Assembly (NCBI GenBank): GCA_051546255.1
Contig: CP128821.1
Coordinates: 496,001-560,000 of the forward strand
DNA length: 64,000 bases
Direction: 5' to 3'
DNA from: Meyerozyma guilliermondii
Lineage: Eukaryota
The translations under genes and the position numbers were made by a program. Shown piece by piece: positions 39,373-50,750 of this stretch (positions are counted from its first letter, which is position 1; each line of letters starts with the position of its first letter). The notes under the pieces are model-generated. The model was given only the letters and a program-made list of their open reading frames with translations, did no database searches and was not told the origin of the DNA.

Positions 39373-41820
39373 TCAATCCATATCTATGTCTATGGTATCT
39401 GGATTGTTTGTCTCTTCTTCCCGGGGTCTTTTTTTATTCTCTTTAACAAACCCCATTGGATTGATACCCGCTTTAAGCTGTTCCGCGGCCTCTGAAGACT
39501 CCTTAACAGTTCTTCTGAACTGTAACATGTCCTTGAAAGTTGTTTCATTTCCATTTTTCAACTCAAATTGCTCCCATTCGTCCCATGCTCTCACCAAAAT
39601 GGGAAGCTCAGGATGGCCAAGATTGCAAACATACTTGAAAAGAGCTCGAGTTCGAGTTGTCTCACCAAGAGAAGACTCGTACTTTATGAAACGAAGCGTA
39701 AAAGTGACAATGTGTGATAATTTCAAGTGCTTATCCTGCAAGCACTGTTCGTAAGTTTCTCTCGTTAAAGACTTGTCGCCAATACTTTCCACTCTCACTA
39801 GAATAATGTTGTACAATGCAACTTTATCTTCAAGTAAATCGCTCGCCATAACCCTTTTATCGGTGAGTTCTTTTGTATCTAAGGCTTTCGATATTTTCTG
39901 GATACCGTCTTTTAACACTTTGACAGACTTTAAATCCATTCCGTTTTCATGTTCAAATTGAGAGTACAATAGTACAAGGGGCTTGCAAAGATCAGCCGGA
40001 CAACTGTCGTCTTCAGAACCATAGATGGCTTTTTCAAATAGTTCTCTGGTACGTTCTTTGCTCGCCTGTCGTTTGTATAGTTTGGACAAGTACACATTCC
40101 ATATTTCGAATCTTACTCGAGAGTCCTTAAACACTTTGAGTCCCATTTCATATACCGTATAGGAACGCTCATAAAATTTGAGATCTTCATAGAAAGATGC
40201 AAAATTCACTATGGTCAATGGTGTAGCAATTTTGAGTTCAACCAAACGATTGTAGCCATTTTCCACATCATCTATAGCTTTTTTACTGCCTTCGGGATCT
40301 TCGTAGTCTATGCTTGACTCTAGGAGATCGAGGTAGTAGGACCACAACTTTATAGATTTAACTAATCTTTCGGATATCGGTACACTGGAATTAGTATAGT
40401 CGACTGTATCTGGGTGTTCGATTTCACTCTCCAAGGCAGTCCGGAGAATAGCAACTGACTTCTCAAAGTCCTTCTCGAGCCATAGCTTGGACCATTCTAT
40501 GTAAATTGTAGCCAAGTCGTCGGGGCTTTTGAATTTGGTTTTCACAGCTTTTGCAAATATGAAGTCAGCAGTATCGTAGTCTTTGTGAGAAGAGTAAACT
40601 TGGGCGTAGTCACTCCAGAGTTTCGGGAGAGTATGCTCAGAGCGTTTCAGAAGACTGTAGGCTTTCAAAGGGTTTATTTGGGTGAGCGCCCTTGCATAGG
40701 TGGTGAGCACAGAATTTGTATCATTTTTTTCTTTGAAAATGGAAACACGGCCAAACCAGTTGTCGATGTTGTTTTCGTCTTGGCGTAGGAACATATCATT
40801 AAGAAGTAGTGAGCGCTGGTCAAGTAGTTTCTCGTATTTCTCAAGGTAGTTGTCCACCTCAGGGTCGTCTTCTGCCAAGTTCAGCAAAATTTCTTCCTCA
40901 AAAGAAGTGTACGAGTCGTATATCAAGGCAAAGTCTTCAGCCGTGACACATTCTCGAAGTCCCTGGTCAAAGTACTGGCGAGCTCTGTCGCTATCTTGAC
41001 GCTTAATAAAGTACTGTGCGACTTTGCAGTATACTTTTCCTGCTTCATCGGAGTATTTTGGTAGCGTCGACTTGACCAAATCTTCAATGAGCTTGTCTGT
41101 TTCTGGCACAGCTGCAAATTGTACAAGAAGGTCGAGATAATGGAGGAAAAAATGGAATGGAGAAGTAGTCAAAGTTGACGAAAGTGCGGGCTGGTTTAAA
41201 ATTTGCTTGAGAATTTCCAGTGACGATTTTGTGTCGCCATATTCAATGAGCTTGAACACCACAGACTCTAGCGAAGCCAAGGAGGAAAACTCGTCTCCTT
41301 TGGCCAATTCTTCGGGAGTTGCAAAACATAGTAGTTTGCGATATATGTTGGCACCCGTGGCACCGCCTGCCGTTTCTGCAAACTCAAGGTAAGTGGGCCA
41401 AATTTTGACGTGGTCCTCTACTGAAATCCGAAACAAACACTCGTTGAAGCTTCGTCGTATCAAAGATATTTCGAATGGTTGGGTTTTGAGAAGGTAGACG
41501 AGGTACTTTAGCCACCAGTTAACATCGTTTTGAAAGTGTAGTAGCAGTCTCTGAAATACCCTGTTGACCTGTGTTGTTGTTGCTTCTGGTTTCGAGCTCG
41601 CGAGCTCTTTCTGACATGTTTCCAAGTACAAAGACCAAAATTCATCATTTTCTGGAAACTGACGAACTGCTCTTTCAAGAACAAATATCTTATTTTTGAA
41701 GCTCCCGTCGCGCTTGGACCGATAATACTTGAACCACGAGTCGACACTATTGGGATTTTTCAGAATTTCGACCTCATAAGGTTGGTCTTCCGGTCGTACG
41801 AACTCATCTATTGACCACAT
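39373..41820 (-). CDS. SYF1: NineTeen-complex HAT-repeat splicing factor Syf1
   Basis: 'ED.PYE.EIL.NP.SV..W..Y', 'LLNDMFLRQD.NNID.W', 'KSIKLWSYYLDLLES' and C-terminal 'NPDTIDID'. Start at ATG 41820. Confidence 0.92.
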   Translation of the reverse strand: MWSIDEFVRPEDQPYEVEILKNPNSVDSWFKYYRSKRDGSFKNKIFVLERAVRQFPENDEFWSLYLETCQKELASSKPEATTTQVNRVFQRLLLHFQNDVNWWLKYLVYLLKTQPFEISLIRRSFNECLFRISVEDHVKIWPTYLEFAETAGGATGANIYRKLLCFATPEELAKGDEFSSLASLESVVFKLIEYGDTKSSLEILKQILNQPALSSTLTTSPFHFFLHYLDLLVQFAAVPETDKLIEDLVKSTLPKYSDEAGKVYCKVAQYFIKRQDSDRARQYFDQGLRECVTAEDFALIYDSYTSFEEEILLNLAEDDPEVDNYLEKYEKLLDQRSLLLNDMFLRQDENNIDNWFGRVSIFKEKNDTNSVLTTYARALTQINPLKAYSLLKRSEHTLPKLWSDYAQVYSSHKDYDTADFIFAKAVKTKFKSPDDLATIYIEWSKLWLEKDFEKSVAILRTALESEIEHPDTVDYTNSSVPISERLVKSIKLWSYYLDLLESSIDYEDPEGSKKAIDDVENGYNRLVELKIATPLTIVNFASFYEDLKFYERSYTVYEMGLKVFKDSRVRFEIWNVYLSKLYKRQASKERTRELFEKAIYGSEDDSCPADLCKPLVLLYSQFEHENGMDLKSVKVLKDGIQKISKALDTKELTDKRVMASDLLEDKVALYNIILVRVESIGDKSLTRETYEQCLQDKHLKLSHIVTFTLRFIKYESSLGETTRTRALFKYVCNLGHPELPILVRAWDEWEQFELKNGNETTFKDMLQFRRTVKESSEAAEQLKAGINPMGFVKENKKRPREEETNNPDTIDIDMD

Positions 41821-42072
41821 AATGAAGCTGAGCGATGAGATGCAGGTGGGTGCGGGACAAGATGCAGGAGTAAGAGAACAGAAAAATGAAGATAAGAGAA
41901 GAACAGAATTGGAAATGGGAAATTTGAGAATTATCTCTATTTTCAACTCGTCGTCTCGTAGCTTTCCTCTTCTTTGTTTTTTCTTCTTTTTTTCTTTTTC
42001 GTTTTACTCTTTCCTGTTTTGCACCCAGACACCAGCCACCAAAGTTTCAGGGTGAGAGAAACTCAACTCTAC

Positions 42073-42843
42073 ATGTCGGGGGCTGGAAATAGGGAACAGG
42101 TTTTCCCCACGCGGATGACTCTCGGGGTCATGAAAGGCAAGTTAAAGGGCGCACAGCAAGGACACTCACTCTTAAAAAGAAAATCGGAAGCATTGACAAA
42201 AAGATTCAGAGATATAACCCAGAAGATTGACGATGCTAAAAGAAAAATGGGCCGAGTTATGCAGACTGCTGCGTTTTCTCTTGCAGAAGTTCAGTATGCT
42301 ACGGGCGATAACATTTCGTATCAAGTGCAAGAATCTGTACAGAAGGCTCGGTTCCAAGTGAAGGCGAAGCAAGAGAACGTTTCTGGAGTATTTTTGCCCA
42401 CATTTGAAAGTCATATTAATGAAGAAATCAACGATTTCAAATTGACCGGATTGGGCCGTGGAGGACAACAGGTTCAAAAAGCCAAGGCTGTGTACACTCG
42501 TGCGGTAGAAACGTTGGTGGAGCTTGCTTCATTGCAAACTGCATTTATAATTTTGGACGAAGTTATCAAGGTGACCAATCGAAGAGTCAATGCAATTGAG
42601 CACGTAATCATCCCCAGAACAGAAAACACCATCACTTACATCAATTCCGAACTCGACGAGTTGGACAGAGAAGAGTTCTACCGGTTGAAGAAGGTGCAGG
42701 AAAAGAAGCAGGAGGCTGCGGCCGCGGCCGAGGTGGAGGAGAGAGCCAATGCTGTCAAAGAAGTGGAGGCGGTGGAGGAGCTCGATGCCAAGGCTCAAGG
42801 CGAGGACTTGGTCAAGGACGACGAGGATGATGTGATATTTTAG
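42073..42843 (+). CDS. VMA8: V-ATPase V1 subunit D
   Basis: [44 protein letters not shown] and [17 protein letters not shown]. Confidence 0.97.
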   Translation: MSGAGNREQVFPTRMTLGVMKGKLKGAQQGHSLLKRKSEALTKRFRDITQKIDDAKRKMGRVMQTAAFSLAEVQYATGDNISYQVQESVQKARFQVKAKQENVSGVFLPTFESHINEEINDFKLTGLGRGGQQVQKAKAVYTRAVETLVELASLQTAFIILDEVIKVTNRRVNAIEHVIIPRTENTITYINSELDELDREEFYRLKKVQEKKQEAAAAAEVEERANAVKEVEAVEELDAKAQGEDLVKDDEDDVIF

Positions 42844-43276
42844 TAGATAGAAATGCAGAAAGTCAATCAAAAAAAATGTACGAAAATCATTCGGAAGACA
42901 GATTAGTTAATCGAAATCATGTCAAGAGACGAGTCACTGCAAGATTAGGTCAACATCTCAGATTAGGTTTGTACGAATCGACCGAATGCAGATTAGTCAA
43001 TCGACATTATGTCAACATTCAGACGGTCAACATCTTTCCTGCATGGCCGGGCCTGCATGGCAAACTTTCCGATAAGTTGCTTTTTATGCATAGTGAGGTG
43101 ATTACACCCAGTGCCCACGCCCGGACACCGGTAGCTAACGCGGAACGATTTCGGAGAATGACACAAGAATGACGCTCATCGTGGCATCTGCAGGTCGATA
43201 AGCCGGGGGTGTTGCAGAAAATTTTTCCGGCTGCAAAAGTATAAATTTGCGGGGTTTCCAGTTGCAAATCATCTCA

Positions 43277-44131
43277 ATGACGATCGACAATACTACACCC
43301 CAATCAGTTTTCAACAAAAACATCGGATCTCTTCCTGCTGAGTTCCCTTCGCTCCCTGGAAATGTTTTGGATTTGTTTTTATTGACCAACAAAAATGGTG
43401 TTATTACTGGTGGCGCCCGTGGTATTGGATACTGTATTTCCGAAGCCTACTGTCAAGCTGGTATTGCCAAGTTGGCTATTATCGACTACGCCGACAACGA
43501 CGTTGCCATTGGTGAGTTGAAAAAACGGTTCCCAAAGACACAAATTGTGTTCAAACACTGCGATGTGAGAAAGGCTGATATGGTCAAAACTGTCATTGAA
43601 GAGATCCACCAAGATTTTGGTTCGATTGAGGTTTTCGTTGCCAACGCCGGAATCGCCTGGACCTCTGGTGCGTTGATCGAGCAAGAAAACGACGACGAAT
43701 GGCACAATGTCATGAACGTGGATTTGAATGGTGTATACTACTGTGCCAAGAACATTGGCCGTATTTTTAAACAACAAGGGACTGGTTCTTTGGTGTTGAC
43801 TGCTTCCATGTCTGCCCACATTGTCAACGGTCCTCAATTGCAAGCTGCTTACAATGCTGCCAAGGCCGCTGTCATGCACTTGGGTAAATCTTTGGCCGTC
43901 GAATGGGTCGATTTCGCCAGAGTCAACTCGATCTCTCCTGGTTATATTGCCACCGAGTTGTCCGACTTTGTCCCAGAAGACATCAAAAACGCTTGGTACA
44001 TGGTGACACCAAAGGGTAGACAGGGATTGCCCAGAGAGTTGGTGGGAGCTTACTTGTACCTCGCCTCAGACGCTTCCACATTCACCACTGGATCTGACAT
44101 CAAGGTGGATGGAGGATACACCAGCGTATAA
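43277..44131 (+). CDS. SOU2: Short-chain dehydrogenase, sorbose-reductase (SOU)-like paralog
   Basis: TGGARGIG, ANAG, YNAAK catalytic motif, LAVEW, ARVNSISPGY and DGGY. Start at ATG 43277. The SOU1/SOU2 naming is tentative. Confidence 0.7.
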   Translation: MTIDNTTPQSVFNKNIGSLPAEFPSLPGNVLDLFLLTNKNGVITGGARGIGYCISEAYCQAGIAKLAIIDYADNDVAIGELKKRFPKTQIVFKHCDVRKADMVKTVIEEIHQDFGSIEVFVANAGIAWTSGALIEQENDDEWHNVMNVDLNGVYYCAKNIGRIFKQQGTGSLVLTASMSAHIVNGPQLQAAYNAAKAAVMHLGKSLAVEWVDFARVNSISPGYIATELSDFVPEDIKNAWYMVTPKGRQGLPRELVGAYLYLASDASTFTTGSDIKVDGGYTSV

Positions 44132-44249
44132 TAGCATAGCATAAGACTACTAGTCTAAACATAATTGATACTTAACATAGAATAAATTGGTTAGTGATGG
44201 AATGTAGATCTAAGTATAAATGAAATGGAGATGAAATACAATTTCAAGG

Positions 44250-44390
44250 CTGAGAACCAGAAAGATTCAAACTCATCAGCAGAAGATATAAAATCAGAAT
44301 GGCTATTAGAAACACTTGAGGAACTGAGTACCGGAAAGATATAAACTCATCAGCAGGAGATACAAATTAGAATGGCATTAGACACACTAG
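44250..44390. repeat. Tandem duplication, ~74-bp unit x2
   Basis: ctgagaaccagaaagattcaaactcatcagcagaagatataaaatcagaatggctattagaaacac (44250) vs ctgagtaccggaaagatataaactcatcagcaggagatacaaattagaatggcattagacacac (44324). Confidence 0.8.
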
Positions 44391-44942
44391 TAGATGAACC
44401 AAATACAAAAATGAAGATTAATGGAGTAATGTCTTGCTGAATTGAAAACCAAGATAATACCAGAATCTAGTCCGGTTCAGAGAGTAAGGTTCAACCTAAC
44501 CTCAGAAACTGTTTATGTTCTGATATTTTATTGTTTCGCGGTTCTCTCTTTCAATGTCTCATTTCCAAATAGGTTTCCCGGTATCTTCCCCGGTAATCTG
44601 TTTGTGCTGGTCTGTACGCACCCTCGCGATCCGGCGTAATTCTCATACCTGCTTAGGTCGGTCGTTTGACCCCGATTCAAAACCGCCATTTTTGCCCATT
44701 GAACAACAAACAAAAATACGCCGTCCTCCTATGACCATCCCAATACCACTCCTTTTTTCGAGGTTTTTTTACGACCCATTTCCATGGCACAATTGCAAGT
44801 GAAAAATCGACCCGGAACACGCACCCGTGCACCACCGACCCGGCCCCGCGAAATGGGCAGCGCACGCCTGCTTATTTGGCCATATTTGATTGGCCGGTGT
44901 CCGAACAAAACCATCTTGCAGTAAATCTCCACACAATCAACT

Positions 44943-46868
44943 ATGCTTTCTGTGGCCAAGATAGGACGCGCTGAGGCACGGTGGGCCATCTCCAGGTCGT
45001 TTGCATCGTCGGCTATAAGAAGCCAAACCATTGGTGATATTAAGGGAAAAGATGTTAATGCTTCCAAATACATGAGCCAAAAGTATCATGTCATTGATCA
45101 TGAATATGACTGTGTAGTGGTCGGAGCTGGTGGAGCTGGGTTGAGAGCTGCTTTCGGACTTGCCGAGGCTGGGTTCAAGACTGCTTGTATTTCCAAATTG
45201 TTCCCTACTAGATCTCATACGGTTGCTGCTCAGGGAGGTATTAATGCTGCCCTTGGAAACATGCACAAGGATGACTGGCACTGGCACATGTATGACACGG
45301 TCAAGGGTTCTGATTGGTTGGGAGACCAGGATGCTATCCATTACATGACCAAGGAGGCGCCTCAGAGTATTTACGAGTTGGAAAATTACGGTGTTCCATT
45401 TTCCAGAAATGAAGAAGGTCGTATCTACCAGCGTGCCTTTGGCGGTCAGTCCAAGGAGTACGGAAAGGGTGGTCAGGCGTACAGAACGTGTGCGGTGGCT
45501 GACAGAACAGGACATGCACTTTTGCATTCGCTTTATGGCCAGTCGTTGAGACACGATACCCATTTTTTCATCGAGTTTTTCGCGATGGATCTTCTTATGC
45601 AAGATGGAGCCTGTGTGGGTGTGATTGCCTACAACGAGGAGGACGGAACCCTCCATCGGTTCAGAGCCCATAGAACCGTGATAGCTACCGGAGGTTACGG
45701 TCGTGCTTACTTTTCGTGTACCTCGGCTCACACCTGTACCGGAGACGGTTACGCCATGGTTTCGAGAGCCGGGCTTCCATTGGAGGACTTGGAGTTTGTG
45801 CAATTCCATCCTTCTGGTATTTATGGTTCGGGATGTTTGATCACCGAGGGTGCTCGTGGTGAAGGTGGTTTCTTGGTCAACTCCGAGGGTGAGCGTTTCA
45901 TGGAAAGATACGCACCTTCCGCCAAGGATTTGGCTTCCAGAGACGTGGTTTCTCGTGCCATCACCATGGAAATTAATGAGGGTCGTGGTGTGGGACCTCA
46001 CAAGGACCACATGTACCTTCAATTGTCGCATATTCCTGCTGCAGTTCTTAAAGAAAGATTGCCAGGTATTTCCGAAACCGCTCACATTTTCGCCGGTGTC
46101 GATGTCACCAAGGAACCCATCCCTATCTTGCCCACTGTCCACTACAATATGGGAGGTATTCCAACCAAGTGGAACGGAGAGGTGTTGAAGAAGAACGAAA
46201 AGGGTGAAGACGAGGTTGTTCCCGGTTTGTTGGCGTGTGGTGAAGCCGCTTGTGCTTCTGTTCACGGTGCCAACCGGTTGGGTGCCAACTCGTTGTTGGA
46301 CTTGGTTGTGTTTGGTCGTGCTGTTTCGCACACCATTCGTGACAACTTGACCCCAAATACTCCCCACAAGCCTATGCCTCAGGATCTCGGAGTCGAGTCG
46401 ATTGAAAACTTGGACAGATTGAGAAACGCCAACGGAACCCACTCAACTGCAGACTTGCGTTTGGAAATGCAAAAAACAATGCAGAAGGGATGTGCCGTTT
46501 TCAGAACCCAGGAGACTTTAGACGAGGGTGTAGAGCATATTTTGAAGGTGGACAAGAAGTTCCATGATGTCAAGACCACCGATAGATCGATGATTTGGAA
46601 CTCTGATTTGGTGGAAACCTTGGAATTGCAAAACTTGTTGACTTGTGCCACCCAAACCGCGGTTTCTGCTGCCGCCAGAAAGGAGTCTCGTGGTGCTCAT
46701 GCCAGAGACGATTACCCAGAAAGAGACGATGAAAACTGGAGAAAGCACACATTATCGTACCAGACTGGATTCGGTGAAGAAGTCAAGTTGGACTACAGAG
46801 ATGTGATCAGAACGACCTTGGATGAGAACGACTGTAAGCCAGTTCCTCCTGCCAAGAGAGTGTACTAG
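44943..46868 (+). CDS. SDH1: Succinate dehydrogenase flavoprotein subunit
   Basis: [26 protein letters not shown] (FAD-His), [21 protein letters not shown] and ESRGAHAR. A reverse CCAAT box (GATTGG, ~44888) lies upstream. Confidence 0.98.
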   Translation: MLSVAKIGRAEARWAISRSFASSAIRSQTIGDIKGKDVNASKYMSQKYHVIDHEYDCVVVGAGGAGLRAAFGLAEAGFKTACISKLFPTRSHTVAAQGGINAALGNMHKDDWHWHMYDTVKGSDWLGDQDAIHYMTKEAPQSIYELENYGVPFSRNEEGRIYQRAFGGQSKEYGKGGQAYRTCAVADRTGHALLHSLYGQSLRHDTHFFIEFFAMDLLMQDGACVGVIAYNEEDGTLHRFRAHRTVIATGGYGRAYFSCTSAHTCTGDGYAMVSRAGLPLEDLEFVQFHPSGIYGSGCLITEGARGEGGFLVNSEGERFMERYAPSAKDLASRDVVSRAITMEINEGRGVGPHKDHMYLQLSHIPAAVLKERLPGISETAHIFAGVDVTKEPIPILPTVHYNMGGIPTKWNGEVLKKNEKGEDEVVPGLLACGEAACASVHGANRLGANSLLDLVVFGRAVSHTIRDNLTPNTPHKPMPQDLGVESIENLDRLRNANGTHSTADLRLEMQKTMQKGCAVFRTQETLDEGVEHILKVDKKFHDVKTTDRSMIWNSDLVETLELQNLLTCATQTAVSAAARKESRGAHARDDYPERDDENWRKHTLSYQTGFGEEVKLDYRDVIRTTLDENDCKPVPPAKRVY

Positions 46869-47280
46869 GTATGTACTGTATTTATGTTATCGTCTAGAGG
46901 TTGTAGAACCCGGAGATGGTTGGTGTCCTGGTGTCTTGGTGTCTCACCTCGTACTTGCATATGCACGGTAATGGTGCGGCGCGCGGATCGGTTTCCAATC
47001 TAGGCATCGAGAGTCGGAATGAATTTGGAAGTTGATCCGCCGCTCTAGTCCATCTCTTTAGTATCTAAAGTTTATGTTTCTTTTTTTTCTATATCTTGTA
47101 ACGGCAGCGCAAGATTCAGCGGAATGCCTTGCGCTTTCATGCAGTTGTCATGCAGTTTTTCCGATCTAAGCAACATTGCAGCCCGGCGTCTCGCATATTC
47201 CGCTTACGTCACACAGCAAGATTCGCACTATATAAGTATAGGTTCCGTGGCCCTTTTTGCAATCACTTTCACCAATTAAA

Positions 47281-48111
47281 ATGAAGTCTATGATCAATGA
47301 AAACATCGGCACTTTGCCAGCACAACCACCAAAGATCTCAAACAATGTCATGACATTATTCTCACTCAAGGGCAAAGTAGCTTCGGTGACTGGTTCTTCC
47401 GGAGGAATTGGCTATGCTGTTGCCGAGGCCTACGCCCAAGCTGGCGCCGATGTGGCCATCTGGTACAACTCCAAGCCTTCCGACGAGAAGGCCGAGCACT
47501 TGGCTAAAACCTACGGCATCAAGTGTAAGGCATACAAGTGTAACGTGTCGGATCCCGCTGATGTCGAAAAGACTGTTTTGCAAATCGAGAAGGACTTTGG
47601 GAGAATAGACATCTTCGTGGCCAATGCCGGTAAGCCCTGGACCAGTGGACCTGCTATTGATGCTGAGGGACTCGATTCTTGGCACGAGGTGGTGGACTTG
47701 GACTTCAGTGGAGTGTTCTACTGCGCCAAGGCTGCGGGAAAGATCTTTGAAAAACAAGGAAAGGGCTCTCTTATCATCACCGCGTCTATGTCTGGTCACA
47801 TAGTGAACGTGCCGCAAATGCAGGCTCCATACAACGCTGCCAAGGCTGCCTGTTTGCACTTGTCCAAATCGTTGGCTGTCGAATGGGCTCATTTCGCCCG
47901 TGTTAACACGGTGTCGCCCGGCTACATCAAAACGGAAATCTCCGACTTTGTTCCACCAGAAATGAAGGAAAAATGGTGGCAATTGACCCCAATGGGCAGA
48001 GAAGGTGAGACGCAGGAATTGGTGGGTGCATACTTGTACCTCGCATCCGATGCTTCTACTTACACCACAGGCACAGATATCATTGTGGATGGCGGCTACT
48101 GTGCGCCATAA
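47281..48111 (+). CDS. SOU1: NADPH-dependent sorbose/carbonyl reductase (SOU1-like SDR)
   Basis: [44 protein letters not shown] and DGGYCAP. TATA box at ~47229. Confidence 0.82.
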   Translation: MKSMINENIGTLPAQPPKISNNVMTLFSLKGKVASVTGSSGGIGYAVAEAYAQAGADVAIWYNSKPSDEKAEHLAKTYGIKCKAYKCNVSDPADVEKTVLQIEKDFGRIDIFVANAGKPWTSGPAIDAEGLDSWHEVVDLDFSGVFYCAKAAGKIFEKQGKGSLIITASMSGHIVNVPQMQAPYNAAKAACLHLSKSLAVEWAHFARVNTVSPGYIKTEISDFVPPEMKEKWWQLTPMGREGETQELVGAYLYLASDASTYTTGTDIIVDGGYCAP

Positions 48112-48396
48112 GCCTGAAAATCTGAAATTAAGTGAACTACACAAGTTGACCTATAAAGATAATAGAGTGAAAAGTCAGATTTGTTCAAGTCAGTTTTGTT
48201 CAATTACGAAATATAGAATCCTGAAAATACGTCAATGGACAAACAACTCAAAAAAGATTCATCTTTACAACCATAGTCCTCTCTCTTCTCTACTTTAACC
48301 ATACTTCTACATCTCTTCTCTAACCATTTGCTTATCGTCCCAGATTTTCCTGCACACATCTCACCCTTTACCCCAAAATTATTTCAACCGCACAAC

Positions 48397-50481
48397 ATGG
48401 ATTCAGACGATCTTACGGCGTCCCATTGGGATGACATTCTCGCGCCCCGTGAAAACGAGTTTAACGGTTTTGGCAGCACGTATGTGCCTCCACCAGTCAC
48501 GAATGGTTTTAGTGACTTAATTGATAGTCCTTTTGGGGCAAGAAAGGACAGCGAGAGCGACGAAGATGAAGACAACGAAAATGAAAATGGCGAAAACGAC
48601 GAAGAAAACGACCACCCGGAGCTCGAACACGGGTCCCCAAGTCTCCAGGGTTATTCCAGTATCGCAAATCTTCAGCAAGAGCAACTCAATGATATTCGTC
48701 ACACCCAGAGGTCGGAACAAACCAGCCACTTGATATCGAAATTGACCCAGGATCTTAAGGAATCCAGCCTAGAGGCTCCCGAGGTCACGTCTCCCACAAG
48801 AATCGATCCTAGAGAGTCTTTGTTTGCCGATAAAGGCAGTCCTCTTCGCCTCAAAACGTCGTCTGACTCGCCCACACAACCGCCGCTGGCGTCTCATCTT
48901 TCGCCCCGGCGCAGCTCCGAGATCAAACAGGGCCACAGGTTGTTTAGCGCTCCGCGACCTCGCAAGTACAGCAGCAAGCTCGTGGCCAAGCATTTGGCGG
49001 AAAATTCCGACGAAGAAAGAGAACCAGCTCTGGCGGATCCATTGCGGGCCACTGACGATAATAACGAAAAAGACGCTCATTCGGTCAAGTCGAACTCACG
49101 GGCGGAAGCCTTGGTCCAGGAGGCAGATGCTCCGTTGTACGATGTGGCCCATACGCCATTGTCGCCCGCCAAACCGCAAGTTTCGCCAACCGGACAAAAG
49201 CCATCTTCCAAAAAAGAATCACCAGAACCGACGCTAAATATCACCGTGGGGGACCCTATGAAAGTTGGTGACATCGCTACAGCCCATATCGTCTACTCCA
49301 TTCGCACACAAGTACTCGATAGTCCACATTTTCCACCAGACTCCGATTCGTTCACGGTTTCACGGCGCTACAAAGATTTCCGGTGGATCTACCATCAGCT
49401 CCAAAATAACCACCCTGGAAAAATCATCCCTCCTCCGCCCACAAAGCAGACGTATATCGGACGGTTCAACGAAAATTTCATCGAAGGGAGGAGACTCTCT
49501 TTAGAAAAAATGTTGAGCAGAATAGCGCATGTTCCCCAACTTCGTGATGACCCAGACTTCGTTTGCTTCTTGCTGAGTGAGGACTTTTTGAAGGACGCAA
49601 AGGAAAGAGAACGACTTAGTGGAACCACCCAGTTGCATGACAATGACGAGCACGATGAAAGAGGTGCTGGCTCTCGATCCGACTCGGTAGCCGATGTCGG
49701 CAGTGCTGCCAGTTCAATAGGTGGTTCCGTAGTTGCCTCTGCAAGTGCCGTTGGCACGGTTGGAACGGGATTCATGAGTCTTTTTTCTATGAACAGCAAA
49801 GTTGATGAGCCAGACTCTTTCTTCACCGACAAAAAAACTTATATTGACGACCTTGAAACCAACTTGAAGGCGCTCTACAAGTCCCTCGATACCATAGCGG
49901 CCCAGCGTATCGATTTGGTGTCTCTAGCCGACGAAATTCTGATCGTTTCCAAGGAATTGGCAGCGGTAGAGATTCTGAAAACTACTAGCGATCTTCTCTC
50001 AGCGTTTGGCGATGTCCATCAAAAACTCAGAGACAACATTGACCGTGTAAATTTACAGGACCTGCTCACACTAAGTTTTACAATTGAGGAATACCTTCGG
50101 ATCATTGGTTCTATAAATCATGTTTTCGAGGCTCGTTCAAAAATTTATCAGCTGTGTGTATCTTTCAAGCAAGAACTCGCCAAAAAACAAACCCAGCTTG
50201 AAAAGACAAACCAGCGTAACAAGCTGCAACAGGAGAAGGTTGGTCTGTTGAAATTCGAGGTGGACAAACTTCAGCTGAGAGTCACAGTGACTGAAAAACT
50301 ATTCGAGCAGATGAGCGAGACTTTCAAGGAAGAGCTAGAAAACTTTGAATTTGAACGGATCGACGACTTTAGAAATAGTGTGGAGATATTTATCGAGGGT
50401 TCTATTGAATCCCAAAAGGAAAGCATAGAGTTGTGGGAGACGTTCTACGAGCGGCAAGGATTAGAGGCGGTTGGTAAGTAG
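48397..50481 (+). CDS. VPS5: Retromer sorting nexin Vps5 (PX-BAR)
   Basis: 'ITVGDPMKVGDIATAHIVY', 'VSRRYKDFRW', 'PPPPTKQ', then a BAR domain ending 'ESQKESIELWETF'. Start at ATG 48397. Confidence 0.93.
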   Translation: MDSDDLTASHWDDILAPRENEFNGFGSTYVPPPVTNGFSDLIDSPFGARKDSESDEDEDNENENGENDEENDHPELEHGSPSLQGYSSIANLQQEQLNDIRHTQRSEQTSHLISKLTQDLKESSLEAPEVTSPTRIDPRESLFADKGSPLRLKTSSDSPTQPPLASHLSPRRSSEIKQGHRLFSAPRPRKYSSKLVAKHLAENSDEEREPALADPLRATDDNNEKDAHSVKSNSRAEALVQEADAPLYDVAHTPLSPAKPQVSPTGQKPSSKKESPEPTLNITVGDPMKVGDIATAHIVYSIRTQVLDSPHFPPDSDSFTVSRRYKDFRWIYHQLQNNHPGKIIPPPPTKQTYIGRFNENFIEGRRLSLEKMLSRIAHVPQLRDDPDFVCFLLSEDFLKDAKERERLSGTTQLHDNDEHDERGAGSRSDSVADVGSAASSIGGSVVASASAVGTVGTGFMSLFSMNSKVDEPDSFFTDKKTYIDDLETNLKALYKSLDTIAAQRIDLVSLADEILIVSKELAAVEILKTTSDLLSAFGDVHQKLRDNIDRVNLQDLLTLSFTIEEYLRIIGSINHVFEARSKIYQLCVSFKQELAKKQTQLEKTNQRNKLQQEKVGLLKFEVDKLQLRVTVTEKLFEQMSETFKEELENFEFERIDDFRNSVEIFIEGSIESQKESIELWETFYERQGLEAVGK

Positions 50482-50600
50482 GGTGACTTTTAAAATGATG
50501 TAGAGGTAAAGAAGGAGAATTTTGAAATAATGTAAAATGATGAAATTTTACAATGAAATTTTCAAATGAAGAAAAAAATCACCAGTTTTGTGATCTAGCT

Positions 50601-50720
50601 GATAATTCTTGGTTATCTTGTCCTGTCTTATCCCACTGGCATCAGGTCTTTTGACTCATCTGACTCATATTATCACGTGGATAATTTTGGAGTTTTCGCA
50701 GCAAAAGTATATATATATAG
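50601..50720 (+). promoter_or_regulatory. Promoter cluster: 2x TGACTCA (Gcn4/AP-1), CACGTG (Cbf1-type), several GATAA sites and TATA
   Basis: TGACTCA at 50652 and 50661; CACGTG at 50674; GATAA/TTATC at ~50601, 50613, 50628, 50670 and 50680; TATATATATATA at ~50708. Confidence 0.7.
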
Positions 50721-50750
50721 GGCCTTAAAATCTTCATATGCTACAGTCCG

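Noticed and set aside
44937..46442. 501-aa antisense ORF over SDH1 (also the long antisense ORFs over NOP1, SOU1 and SOU2)
   Set aside because: Shadow frames produced by the codon bias of highly expressed genes; no independent protein features.
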